A stretch of 49,899 bases of DNA from Octopus bimaculoides (taxonomy: Eukaryota). Shown here one piece after another: positions 13,576-26,290 of this stretch (position 1 is the first letter of the stretch; each line of letters starts with the position of its first letter). A program made the position numbers and the translations under genes. The notes beneath the pieces were generated by a model that saw nothing but the letters and a program-made list of their open reading frames with translations, was not told the DNA's origin and did not search any database. The DNA is taken from contig NC_068982.1 in assembly GCF_001194135.2 (NCBI RefSeq), positions 135,866,591 through 135,916,489 on the forward strand, written 5' to 3'.

Positions 13576-13664
13576 GTGAAGAACTGAGCTCATTCCAATC
13601 GACTTCTCACTTTCAGGCAAAATTGCTGGCCTCGTGTCTATAGTAGAAACCATTGATATTACAT

Positions 13665-13779
<115 letters not shown>

Positions 13780-13794
13780 AATATCATATGTATG

Positions 13795-14473
13795 GGTTTT
13801 CTTTAAGTTTTTATTTAAGTTCGTCTTGAGAGAGTTCAAACGGGTCGCTAACAAAGTGACAGGACTTTTTGAGTTAGGAGAGTTCCCAGTATTTGTAAAT
13901 ATTTAATTGAATTGATGTGTTTGTTGAACTCTCGATGCATAAGAATCTCAGATGAATATTTTTTGGAATGTTTCCAAATTTTCATTGTTCCAAATCCTCA
14001 CTGTGCCACAAATAAATTGAATTTCGAGAATCTGTGTGAGTTTGTTTTGCTCTTTCGCCATGAAACCAAGTACCTCAAGGTTTTTGAGAAAATTTACGGG
14101 TGCATAACCTAATGCACATATAAATATGGGTACATATAAAAATTCATATTCAGGGTACAAGAGCTGTAAGTTCCGCATTAATTTGCCTTAAATGTTCTAT
14201 TTTTTCTGCACCTTTGTTTGTACATTTACATTTGCTGGGCAGCTGGCCTCTACAAAAATGCATGAATTTTGTTCTCTGTCTCACAGAACAATATCAGATC
14301 TATTGTGTTTGCTCCGAGTTGATGGTTTTCTTGGGGTTCTTTCACCAGTATTCTTTGTTTTTGAAGGTGTAAATACTTGCCTTTTCTGACACGCCTTTGG
14401 TACATATGCCAGGCAAACCTTTCTGCAGATAACATTATAAATACTCTTTACGACTATATCATGACTCAGGGGC
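13795..14473 (-). mobile_element. RLE-type non-LTR retrotransposon 3' fragment (d), a family distinct from a-c
   Basis: Minus-strand peptides SHDIVVKSIYNVI / KHNRSDIVL*DREQK / VEASCPANVNV / GKLMRNLQLLYPEYEFLYVPIFICALGY (decayed RHD, PD, E..CP and GALG motifs), then a 3' UTR with AATAAA. Confidence 0.75.
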
Positions 14474-14679
14474 ATGTATGTATGTATGTATGTATGTATG
14501 TATGTATGTGTGTATGCATCTATATATGTCTATGTATATGAATGTATGTATGTATATCATTATTATAGTTATTGCTATTGTTGTTATAATATTGAAGACA
14601 ATCAAAGACAAGTGACAATGTCGATTACATCAGATCTATTGAACTGCACCAATTAGTTACATCATTTTATCTTTGTGTT

Positions 14680-14770
14680 CAAAATCCCACCGGGTTAAAT
14701 TAGCATTTCATCTTTCCGGAGTCAATAATTAACAACTAATTACATAGCACAGTCTGTTTAATTAACTAAT
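14680..14770 (+). repeat. 91-bp decayed family-B-like fragment, partner of 8314-8404
   Basis: See 8314-8404. Confidence 0.8.
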
Positions 14771-15930
14771 GTCATTCCCAGATTGTATGACAATGCGCTA
14801 GAATTCTATAAAAGAATTGAATGTTATTATGAGGCAATATACGGTAAGTTCGGTAGAGCGTTCAACAGAATATCTTGAAGTATTTGCGTACGTATTATTG
14901 GATTCTAAGTTCAAAGCTGCTGCACTTAAATTTCAATTTAGCTTTAATTCGTCGAGCGAGTCGATAATAAAATGTATCAATTTGCAAATATGTTGTCTTT
15001 CTTCCTCTATTACACATTATCATTAAATTATGACGAATTTTAGACTTTAGTCAAAGAAAAATTGAGAAGATTTGATAAATTTTGTTAAAATTCTATCAAA
15101 ATTATATTCCGATGAAGTTCACAATTCTTCAGTATTATCCTCCGTGTCTTAGCATCCCTCCTTTAAATCTCTTCTTTGCTTCACTTTTTAATCCCAGCGT
15201 CTTACCTTATCACCGAGAAGCCTATATACTTATTACCATACTTTGTATTGTTGTTCATATTACCGCTGTCTTCATGACAGTATTGTCCAGCAAATCTTTG
15301 AAGATAAATTCACATGTCGATTGTACGTTATATAAAGGCAGTACATTTGCCATATAAAATTATAAGCTAAAAGAATCCTTGACTTACTTTAAATACTGCA
15401 TCAGTAACATAAATTTGGATCTAATAATTTTATAATACAAAGGAATCCTATTTTATGCACCATCAACTTTTGAGGAGGAAATTATACCCAAGTAATTTAA
15501 TATTGTATCAGCATGAAGCAAACATAAGCTGTTTTTGACGTAGTCAGTAGTTGTCGTCTAGATACTAAGTCTATTATAAAAATATAGGTCACTTTGACAG
15601 ACGTACATTCATTTGAATGTCATCTTCTAGTGGCAAATATGAAAGACGTTTGATATATGTTTAGTGAGATAAAAGATCTTTGAAGGATATTTAGAGAATT
15701 GATCAATAGTTTGAATATCGCCAAGTTTGTCATTTCATTTGAAACACCGCACACTCCGGAGAATCTAGCGATGTGGCGTCAATAAAAGTACAAATACTTC
15801 TTATCAGGAAGTACAAAGGAAAACGTATGATTCATTCTACAATCTTCTTCGCCCTTAGGCATCAAAGATCGTTTCACGTTCTAGGAATTAGCTATATATA
15901 TTGCTGTATATATATTTTGTGCGTGTATAA

Positions 15931-16250
15931 GTATGGCTTAGTGGTTAAGGTGTTGCATTCACGATTGCGAGATCGTGGGTTCGATTCCCAGACAGTGCCG
16001 TTGCGTTGTGTTCTTCAACAAAGCACTTCATTTCAAGTTGCTCTGCGATCATTTCGACCTCTAACACGTGACACCCGTTGTTGCACCTGTACAGGTAATG
16101 TCGATCTGATGGGGGTGAAGAGTGGGGGGTGGCGGGGGATGAGCTTATGTCTACACAAACATTTGATCACTATAAACAATTCATCTGTGTGGGTGTTCAG
16201 TAAGAAATTGTCGATCTCTCATAGGTCGTCTAACGACGGGAGAGTCCATT
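15931..16250 (+). mobile_element. tRNA-derived SINE, family D
   Basis: A box TGGCTTAGTGG (15934-15944) and B box GGTTCGATTCC (15978-15988). Homologous along its length to the reverse complement of 38881-39180. Confidence 0.85.
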
Positions 16251-16263
16251 ATATATATATAAC

Positions 16264-17189
16264 ATACATATTAGATGGATGACCACTAAGTGGACATCCA
16301 TTATGCTAGAAGTAGATCACCTACGATCTGATCACTAAGAATAGATTGTTCTCAAGAAAATTCAGCAAACACTAGAACGTAAGCGAGCAAGACAAATGAA
16401 AAGATACAAAATATATAGAATTAATCATAGACCGGTTTCGCTATTAACGAAATTACTTACGTAATTGTCTGTAGCTCATCAGTATAATCGTTCTTTTGAA
16501 TATAATATGCAGAACTATAAACGAGACGTCCGCATAAAATTAGACATGTATATAGTTCTACCAATTATATTGGAGTTATATTTCAAATTTCTTCGTTTTG
16601 GCGCGCCAAATACCGCCAAATAATTCAGCAGAAGATAATTCACTGCAGAGAATTATATGTATGTAATATAATTTTTCTGAATCTTCAGACTTTTTCAATA
16701 TGCTAGGCCACTGGTTTTAAATTGATATTAATCAGATTAATATTCAAATTACCACCCTTATTATTTAAATTTGTAATAACTATGTTCTCTAACCGGCAAA
16801 ATTCTCTGCAGTGAATTATCTTCTGCAGGATTATTTCCGGTATTTGGCGCGCCAAAACAAAGACATTTGAAATATAACTCCGATATAATTGGTAGAACTA
16901 TATACATGTCTAATTTTATGCGGACGTCTCGTTTATAGTTCTGCATATTATATTCAAAAGAACGATTATACTGATGAGCTACAGACAATTACGTAAGTAA
17001 TTTCGTTAATAGCGAAACCGGTCTATGATTAATTCTATATATTTTGTATCTTTTCATTTGTCTTGCTCGCTTACGTTCTAGTGTTTGCTGAATTTTCTTG
17101 AGAACAATCTATTCTTAGTGGTCAGATCGTAGGTGATTTACTTCTAGCAAAATGGATGTCCACTTACTGGTCATCCATCTAATATGTAT
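16264..17189. repeat. Long inverted repeat: arms 16264-16654 and 16800-17189, 145-bp spacer
   Basis: Hand alignment gives 10 substitutions and 1 indel over ~390 bp (~97%); 16333-16570 is the exact reverse complement of 16883-17120. Confidence 0.98.
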
Positions 17190-17294
17190 ATAATATAATT
17201 TTTCTGAATCTTCAGATATTTTCAATATGCTAGGCCACTGGTTTTAAATTGATATTAATCAGACTAATATTCAATTTGTCACCCTTATTATTTA
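17182..17294 (+). repeat. 113-bp direct repeat of the palindrome spacer segment 16655-16767
   Basis: 7 mismatches in 113 bp (~94%), no indels. Confidence 0.97.
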
Positions 17295-19410
17295 TATATA
17301 CATATATTACAGATATGTGTATACATACATATATGACTTTGTGTGCATGTGTATATATATGTATATGGAAGTGTGTATATACAATTATGCATTCGTGAAT
17401 ACAGATCTGTATGTCTGCGTGTGTGTCTGTGTATGTATCAGTGCCGCGTGAAGATATGAGTGAGTCTATGTTTCTAGTTTCAATGAACGCTATTATTTTA
17501 TCATGAACCCTCCGCACTCTCCATACGTCTCACTATGGACAACTACACTGTTGATCTACATTTATTCTCCCGAACCTAATAGTCCAGTTCCTTACAGCTT
17601 ACTAACCCTTTCAATTTTATTTATAGTTCTCCTACAAATACTTCATAATCCATGGCTCTAAGCACACTTAGTTGTATATTCATTCTGAACTCTATTCTTA
17701 TACAATTACAATTCACCTTGTGATTGCAATTATATTTCTTTGTCGTAAGTTTCCTGCCGTTTCTGGACAGCCATCTCACCTTTTTCACTACCTGAGCCAC
17801 TACTTTGACCATCACTGTCCTACATGTTGCTTCTTTCAATATCTGACTACCCCCTCACGATGCATACCTCTTTCCATACCATTCATTCGCATATTGGTTC
17901 TTCCCTGTCCACTCATACCTATCTCAAAGTTCATTCTTCAAATATTCTTGTATCTTTCTGCCAAACTCAAACCCTTTAATTGTTTCTCTCTCGTTGAAGT
18001 ATATCAAATATCCGAAGCCTTAAACAGTTCTCCTTCTCAATAACACATGTTCTCTATCTATTCAAACTATTATTAATATAGGTGTCTCACTTTGACATAA
18101 ACTTTTAAGTTGTAATATGCGGTATTTTAAAATCAATTACATTCGCATTATAAACTGGGAGTTTATAGAATCTTATCGAAGTTCCGCAAAGAATTCATTT
18201 CGTACACTACCAGTTATCATACCATGAACCTTTTAAAATGTAACTAATATTGAAATGTACCTACTCCCATCATACCACGGAATTTCATTTACTATTTCAT
18301 TAGTAAGGTCCCATTTCGTTACGTGTTCATCTCTGGCAGTTCGTGTTGGGCACGTATCAGTGCAGAAATAAGCTACATTCCGTACCTAGTCTTGAATACT
18401 ACAGCTCACATACAGAATAGCAAGATGATTGTCTCAAATGCGTTTTACTCTTCATTTCATTAAATATAAAGGTATATAAAAGTATTCAATGTCAGCTAAT
18501 CGCAAGATAAATAAAGAACTAGCGGAACGATAACTATCTTGTTGACTGATATGAATCGTTCCTTACAAAAATGATTTATTAATTTAACCATTAGTTTTAT
18601 ACGTTCGTTAACAACGAAGTTGTGATTGTGTCCTGCGTAACAATAAGAATAAGTTGCAACATTTGAATGTACTTGTGTTAGTTAATTACTTTTCTTTCTT
18701 GTTTGTGGCTAAGGACAAAAAAAGTTGTAAAACAATCATATTGTAAAATATAATTTATGTGATTAACATTTAAATTCTTAATAAATTTAATATACTAAAC
18801 ATTTCCTGCGTGATTTCTCAGAGGAAAACACATAAACACATAAACACACACAGGGGTAGTTCGGGTCTGTGCAGTTACTTTATATCCCAAGGTCTAATTA
18901 TCTGAGTTGGCCTTCGTTTCAATTTAGAATCCGCAGAACCGCAGAATTAGCGACACAGAAACACTAACTTTAAATGAATTAATACAAAGTGCTATTTTGT
19001 TGAATACTTTCATCCCACATCTTATAAACTGAAACAAATCTACACACACACCCACGCATACACACACATATCTCACAAGCTGCAAATTCTCTCCGTTCTC
19101 CATCTTGCAAGACATTTTCTGAGCGTTATCCACTATTCTATTCTCCTTCGCCCCAATGCCATAATTTGGTCGGCAATTGGTCCTTGCCCACCGTCCTAAA
19201 TCCCACTCTGTGTTATTTTCCTTTTTTTGTTTTGTTTTATTGTCATCTCCAGTTCTCCGCAAGAAAACTTTTTTCGAGCACTGCCAACTGGGAAGCGCCC
19301 AGTCTAATCGTCAAAGGTGCGAAACTGAATATTACTAATTGGACGATAATTGATGAAGAAATTATGAACCATAGGTTTTTACATTCAGTATACGCCATGT
19401 AGTTTGTTTA

Positions 19411-19640
19411 TTTACTCTTTACTCTTTTACTCTTTTACTTATTTTAGTCATTTGACTGCGGCCGTGATGGAGCACCGCCTTTAGTGGAGCAAATCGAGCC
19501 CAGGACTTATTTTTTGTAAGCCTAGTACTTAGTCTATCGGTCTCTTTTGCCGAACCGCTAAGTTACGGGGATATAAACACACTAGCATCGGTTGTCAAGC
19601 GATGTTGGGGGGGGGGGAAACACAAACACACAAACACACA

Positions 19641-19704
<64 letters not shown>

Positions 19705-19868
19705 AACATATATACGACGGGCTTCTTCCAGTCTACGTCTACCAAATCCACTCACAAGGATTTGCTCGGCCGGAGTCTGTAGTAGAAGACACTTGCCCAA
19801 GGTGCTACGCAGTGTGAGTGAACCCGGAACCATGTGGTTGGTAAGCTAGCTACTTACCACACAGCCAC
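19411..19868 (-). mobile_element. SINE family A, near full length, with tandem (GAGTAAAA)n 3' tail
   Basis: Homologous to 785-1135 and 49178-49560. Internal (CA)n/(TA)n tract at about 19620-19715; TTTACTC repeats at 19411-19439. Confidence 0.92.
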
Positions 19869-20204
19869 TTTTGCGACAATACATTTTTTCATTTAAGTAA
19901 TGGAAAGCAACGCACACCGAATTTCTACATGCATACATACATACATACATACATACATGTATGTATGTATGTATATGTATGTATATAGATGTATTAATAG
20001 ATGCGCATACATATACATGCATACATACATAAGAACATACATACAAACATACATACATACATGAATACCCACACATATCCATCCTTATATTCATGCATAC
20101 ATGGGTATATCTATCTATCCGCCTATCTATCAGTCAATCTGTCTATCTGTCTGCCAGCATGTCTGTTTGTGTGTGTGTGTGGCTTCGTGTGTACATATTT
20201 GTGT

Positions 20205-20582
20205 GGAGGCGCAAAGGCCAGTGGTTAAAGCAGCGGACTCATGGGCGTAGGATCGCGGTTTCGATTCCTTGACCGGGCGTTGTGGGTTTTTATTGAGCGA
20301 AAACCCCCTACACTCCACGAGGCCCCGGCAGGGGGTAGATTGAACTCTGCAGTACTCTTTCACCACAATTTTCTCACACTTTTTCTTCCCGTTTCTGTTG
20401 TACATGTATTTCAAAGGGTCAGCCTTGTCACACCCTGTGTCACGCTGAATATCCCTGAGATCTACGTTAAGGGTACACATGTCTGTGGCGTGCTGAGCCA
20501 CTTGCACGTTAATTTCACGAGAAAGCTGTTCCGTTGATCCGATCAATTGGAACCCTCGTCTTCGTAGCTGACGGAATGCCAC
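20205..20582 (+). mobile_element. tRNA-derived SINE, family C2, full length
   Basis: GGAGGCGCAAAGGCCAGTGGTTAAAG head and GGTTTCGATTCC B box. The body is unique among copies here; the 3' tail is shared with 3409-3580. Confidence 0.85.
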
Positions 20583-20957
20583 GACCACATATTTGTAAAT
20601 AAATGCAGATAATTTTCTTGGGAGATTTTTTGCAGGGTAGAAAGAAATCATATTTAAGTTTATTACAGGAAAATATATAAGTAAACACAATTTCATAATA
20701 GCAACTATTACTCAAAAACGCAGTGTGACTCAAATATGCAAAATGTGTAAGCGCTGTACACTTAGAAGCGTAGTATAGAAGATGAAGTTACCGTATACCG
20801 CTCCAGCGAGGCAGACGATGAGTAAAGCACTAAGTAGAGAGAGTCCTGATAAAATTGTCTTTGACTCCATGTGACGGCAGAAAACTGAAAAACAAAAGAG
20901 AAAACGAAAGGTTAAACAGTATGAACAACTTGTGTCTTATGTTCAAATGTCTATCTC

Positions 20958-21021
<64 letters not shown>

Positions 21022-21249
21022 ATTCCTTTACACATTATATATGTAGGTGTGTTTATAAATATATATATACATATTTATACATAAATGTATGTATACATAT
21101 ATGTGTGTGTATGTGTGCATGTGCGTATGTGTGTATGTATGTATGTATGTATGTATATATATATATATATATAAAATATATAGTTTTAGGTAAAATAACC
21201 AATTTTCAAGAACTCATCGATGAAATTGTCCCTAATATTATTATTATTA

Positions 21250-21322
<73 letters not shown>

Positions 21323-21449
21323 GCGTTTGAGTGTGCGTATGTTTGGTTTCAAATTTTATCACAAGTCAAACAATGTCAGGGTTGTTGAAGTCATGACTGT
21401 GTGCGCTTTGAGATATTCCAATATATATTTATATGTGTGTTTTTGTGTG

Positions 21450-21482
<33 letters not shown>

Positions 21483-24400
21483 ATGTGTGTGTGCGTGAGT
21501 GTGAGAGTGTATGTGAGAATGTGTGTATTAGCATAGGAAAGTAAGCGCGCGTACTAGCGTGTGTATATGCGTATATGTAAGCGTATATATGTAAACTTGA
21601 TATTCATTGAAAGTCTACTTTGATGCACCTGATATAATTGATTGTGCAAATGAATATATGAATACACGATAGATTGCTCAAGGTTTAGCAGTTAAACAGT
21701 TGTCAACGGGTTGGGTCTTACAACATCGAGGATGCAACAAATGCACACACAATAAAACAAACTGCTGAGTTGACAGATAACAAAGCAGAATAGCTGTGAA
21801 GCGTATTATATCGATCAAATAACTTAGAAACTTCAAGCGCCTGTTTTAATTGATTCGCTGAGTAAAAGTCTATTGATATATCATTGATTACAAGCAAGCC
21901 GTGTAATGCTGAGTCAGTCTAATATTGATATAATCAGTAAATTCTTGTTTGGTTCATGTCTTATTGTAATGGTTTATCTTTGGTCAAGAATCCTAAGTAT
22001 GGATGTGGAGTTCACTCAACTCTAAGAATAGGCATTCATTCCTTCTGAAACGGTCTCTTTCTGAGATTAACTGTACCGTCGTCCTATTTTACCTTCATTT
22101 TTCCCTCACAGGTTCTTTTCCAAAGTACGGAAAGAGTCTGTCCTATTTCCAAGGAGCGCTGACATCGTAAGAACTAACGTGTTTCTCTTTCAACAATTCT
22201 TTCAACAAGTGAAACAAATGTCGCAAAGAACAAACAATTTTATTCCTTTTGCAATCTCACGTTTGTCAGATACCATCAATAGAATCTCCGTGAAGCCGCA
22301 TCTACCGGAGAACTGATCGCACATGTAACATTCTTGTTGTCAAGCGTAAACAGGAATATCTATCTACAGTTTCTTGCTAAATTTAGCTACCATTTCTTCA
22401 TAATGCACTCTACTATTTTTCTGGAAGGAGAAACCGCTATATGGGTGTTTTCCAACCTATGTAAAAAGTGTGCCCTATTTTCAAGGAACCGAACATTGCT
22501 AACTATTTTACATTTCTTGACTTTCAACTATTTTTCCAGATTACTAAGAACCGACTGAATACTATCATACATACCTGAAAGCAATACAAATGATCGCTGC
22601 GGCAGTAAAATGTTCGTTATATGCCTGCTCAGTTAGGGCTTATATAGGAGCGAGTAACAATAAGAATTAGTAGTTCCTGGGCTGTTACAACTCTTTAAAG
22701 GCACATCACTCACACTCACTCACACATATACACGCACAGACATTCAAATACACACACAGACACAAACATAGACACACACACACACTCATATCGATGTTTC
22801 ACGGTATGATATTGAAGTTACATACGACGTGTGCAGATACTGTATATCTGACTCTTTCGACAACATCCAGATGAAGCCATCGAGAGCTTAACAAGATGTC
22901 GCCCACCAATGACCGCTCCCCAATGTCTGCTGTTACTAATCGACATACTTCTTTATAGACTCCCTTATTTCTCCTTCTCCTGTCGCCTCTAACATTTATC
23001 CTTAATCCATATTTATTTCATAGTGCACAGACCTCCAGACCCTCAGACTAAAACTCTGACGTGTTGAAGAATATTGCATCACATCATAAAGTTCCATCCA
23101 GTTCAAAATACAAGTATACTCTTCCTCGAAAACGCTGTCTGAGATGCCGAGCAATGATATTCGTGAAGAGTAAAAAGGAATAAGAGTAGTTTGTTCAAAC
23201 TAATACTCAGACGCTAGAGAAACTCGTAAAACTTAAAGTGAAACATAGTGTTATTCTTGGATAATTTTCTTTGCCAGCTGCTTAATAGGGATATTTAACC
23301 TTTTGTGCTTGTTTATCATTTCTTGTTACTTTGTAGTGATCTGACTTAGAGCAATTTCATTGAAATATCTCGTTTTAAAGCTCTGCTCACTTTTTAATAA
23401 TGTAGAGAACTGTATAGTTTATTGCATAGTTTATTATATATTATATATTTACCCTGTATAATACTAATAATATTATATAACATGTAATTACATGCATGCA
23501 TGTAGATACTCATACAAACATATGAACACATACATGCATCTAGCAGACATACACGCATACATGCATGCGTGTTTGAGCACGTATGTCTTTATGCTTGTAT
23601 TTATTTATATGCATGCAACGGATATATCTGACTGGGTAGCTATGCTTTCATTGGGGAGCAAATAAATTAATATGAAAGCGATATCAACATGACAGAAACA
23701 GCTAAAATAATAAGCTACTTGTTGATAGAGGAAAAACAACTTCGATAAAATATAACAATTCGGAGATTACTAGAATGACATTTCAAATGCGTATACAAGA
23801 TTGCACATATTCTTAGATTCATAAACATACCAAACACACGAATTAAACAATAAAACACAAAACCCCTAAACGTGTATAGTTTGCTGTGTATTATTTATTT
23901 TATGTATTCTGTTGGAAGGAAAAATGACATATAACTTATAGAAATACTGACCGCGTGACAGAAAAAGAGCAGCTTGTAATAACAGGCTCGTACATGCATA
24001 TACAGAGCACAGATACAACATTCATGCAAGTACAAACGCATACGTACACAAACGCACACATAGCCATATACACATACTCACAGACACACTCAGAAAAACA
24101 TTTGTATATGTACAGAGAAAACAGCATGCATAAATAGATAACAATATAAATGAGATATATGCAGAGAGATATGTGATGTGTGCTCTGTGTACATAAGGAT
24201 ATATAATCATTAGTGTAAAAATTCGTTCATACTTTGCAATGTATCAACTAAGTCGCATTTTACTAAATTTCAACTAAATATGAAGAGAAAGGGAATAAAA
24301 TGATTAATTATTCATATTCCCTGCTGGAGAATATTTTTGTTGGTATCGATTTGTTTATTGTACATGACTCAATGCTTACGTATGCAATCACATGACCAGA

Positions 24401-25179
24401 TCTTAAACATTTACATAAAATCCAATATACATCAGTTTCTCACTGATTAACAACATTGATTAACTGTATTGCTTATAAAAGCAAAAGAAAGTTACATTCA
24501 TTTGTGCAGTCTTTAAATCTTACAGCTTGCACTTCTTAAATGATACACAACGGACCACTCAAACGAACTTTGAATCCTGTTGGTTGCTCTTAAATTAGAA
24601 TCGGTCCTTTCACTCATATCAATAATGCAATAGAGAACTTCTCGATTCCGTTAGACCATCATTAAATCAAATAGATTAATTCAATATTCCCATTATAAGT
24701 TCTATGAAGAAGCTTTTATCACTGTTGTAAAAAGTATTTCAACATCGTGAAATTCAAAATCTCCACCTAAATACGCGGAAATGAACGTATCACTAATTTA
24801 GTTTCATGTTTGATTTCTTACTTTTGTACATCATGAATTCTTAAAGACAAAATAGGATTTATCGTTGTTCATGCTTTTCCAAAGGTAATTCGTTATATGT
24901 TGTTTTATATTTAAAATATACTGAAAATCAGTGAAAATACAGATATTTCTTCTTTGATTTCTTTTTTTAAAAAATTTTCTCAGAGTAAAACCAAAAAGAG
25001 TGACGAAAACTGTTGGAGACCATTTATGTCTGAAGTGACACAGTGGTGATCGTAGAGATTTGAAGAGACAGACATTTGATTCAAATTCTTGTAATAGAAT
25101 AATAAAAATATAAGAGCAGGTGAGATGTTGTTTGGTGTTAATGTCAGCTGATTACCACGTTGTTTTGAGCTCACTCCGC

Positions 25180-25230
25180 TCCGACAAGGCTTTGTGAGTG
25201 AATCTGATTGACGGACACTGCTTCTAAGCC
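25180..25230 (+). mobile_element. Decayed family-A-like body fragment followed by (TATG)n
   Basis: CCGACAAGGCTTTGTGAGTGAATCTGATTGACGGACACTG resembles CCGACCAAAGCCTTGTGAGTGGATTTGGTAGACGGAAACTG. Confidence 0.6.
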
Positions 25231-25370
25231 CGTTGTATGTATGTACGTATGTACGTATGTATGTATGTATGTATGTATGTATGTATGTATGTATGTATGT
25301 ATGTATGTATAGATAGATAGATAGATAGATAGATATATGTGTGCGTGTGCATGTATGTGTGTATGTGTGT

Positions 25371-26013
25371 AGGCACAGTAGTGGCTGTGTGGTAAGAAGT
25401 TTGCTTTCCTACCACAGGTTTCCGGGTTCAGTCCCACTGCGTGGCACTTTGGGCAAGTGTCTTCTACTATAGCGTCGGGCCGACCAAAACGTTGTGCGTG
25501 GATTTGGTAGACGGAAACTGAAAGAAACCCGTCATGTGTGTATATATTTATATATATATATATATATATATNNNNNNNNNNNNNNNNNNNNNNNNNNNNN
25601 NNNNNNNNNNNNNNNNNNNNNNNNNNNNNNNNNNNNNNNNNNNNNNNNNNNNNNNNNNNNNNNNNNNNNNNNNNNNNNNNNNNNNNNNNNNNNNNNNNNN
25701 NNNNNNNNNNNNNNNNNNNNNNNNNNNNNNNNNNNNNNNNNNNNNNNNNNNNNNNNNNNNNNNNNNNNNNNNNNNNNNNNNNNNNNNNNNNNNNNNNNNN
25801 NNNNNNNNNNNNNNNNNNNNNNNNNNNNNNNNNNNNNNNNNNNNNNNNNNNNNNNNNNNNNNNNNNNNNNNNNNNNNNNNNNNNNNNNNNNNNNNNNNNN
25901 NNNNNNNNNNNNNNNNNNNNNNNNNNNNNNNNNNNNNNNNNNNNNNNNNNNNNNNNNNNNNNNNNNNNNNNNNNNNNNNNNNNNNNNNNNNNNNNNNNNN
26001 NNNNNNNNNNNNN

Positions 26014-26085
<72 letters not shown>

Positions 26086-26290
26086 TGTCGTTGTGGTTCT
26101 CTTTGTCCCCACCACCACTTGCCAACCAATGTTGATTTTCTTTCGCCTCTGTCACACAACGGTTCGTCAAAAACCGACCGATAGAATAAGTATCAGACCT
26201 AAGAATAAGCACTGGTGTTAATTCGTTTGACAAGATCATTCATGGTGATGCACCAGCATGGCTGCTGTCCAATGAGTGAGACAAGTAAAA
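25371..26290 (+). mobile_element. SINE family A spanning an assembly gap inside its internal (TA)n tract
   Basis: 5' half at 25371-25535 has A box, B box and core; 3' half at about 26080-26290 is diverged but collinear. Confidence 0.75.

Noticed and set aside
15931-16000. tRNA-like sequences (also at 20205, 25371, 32622, 49178)
   Set aside because: They have A and B boxes but no complete acceptor stem, and continue into SINE bodies; these are SINE heads, not tRNA genes.
16264-17189. Interpretation of the palindrome as a foldback or TIR transposon
   Set aside because: No target-site duplication, and the spacer is duplicated outside the right arm with junction microhomology.
17500-18060. Pyrimidine-skewed stretch suggestive of a minus-strand RTE-like LINE remnant (similar at 6640-7030)
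   Set aside because: Only vague peptide resemblance; no motif I could identify with confidence by hand.
20195-20596. Possible 8-bp target-site duplication (ATATTTGT) around the C2 SINE
   Set aside because: Short, AT-rich and offset from the element ends; chance is plausible.
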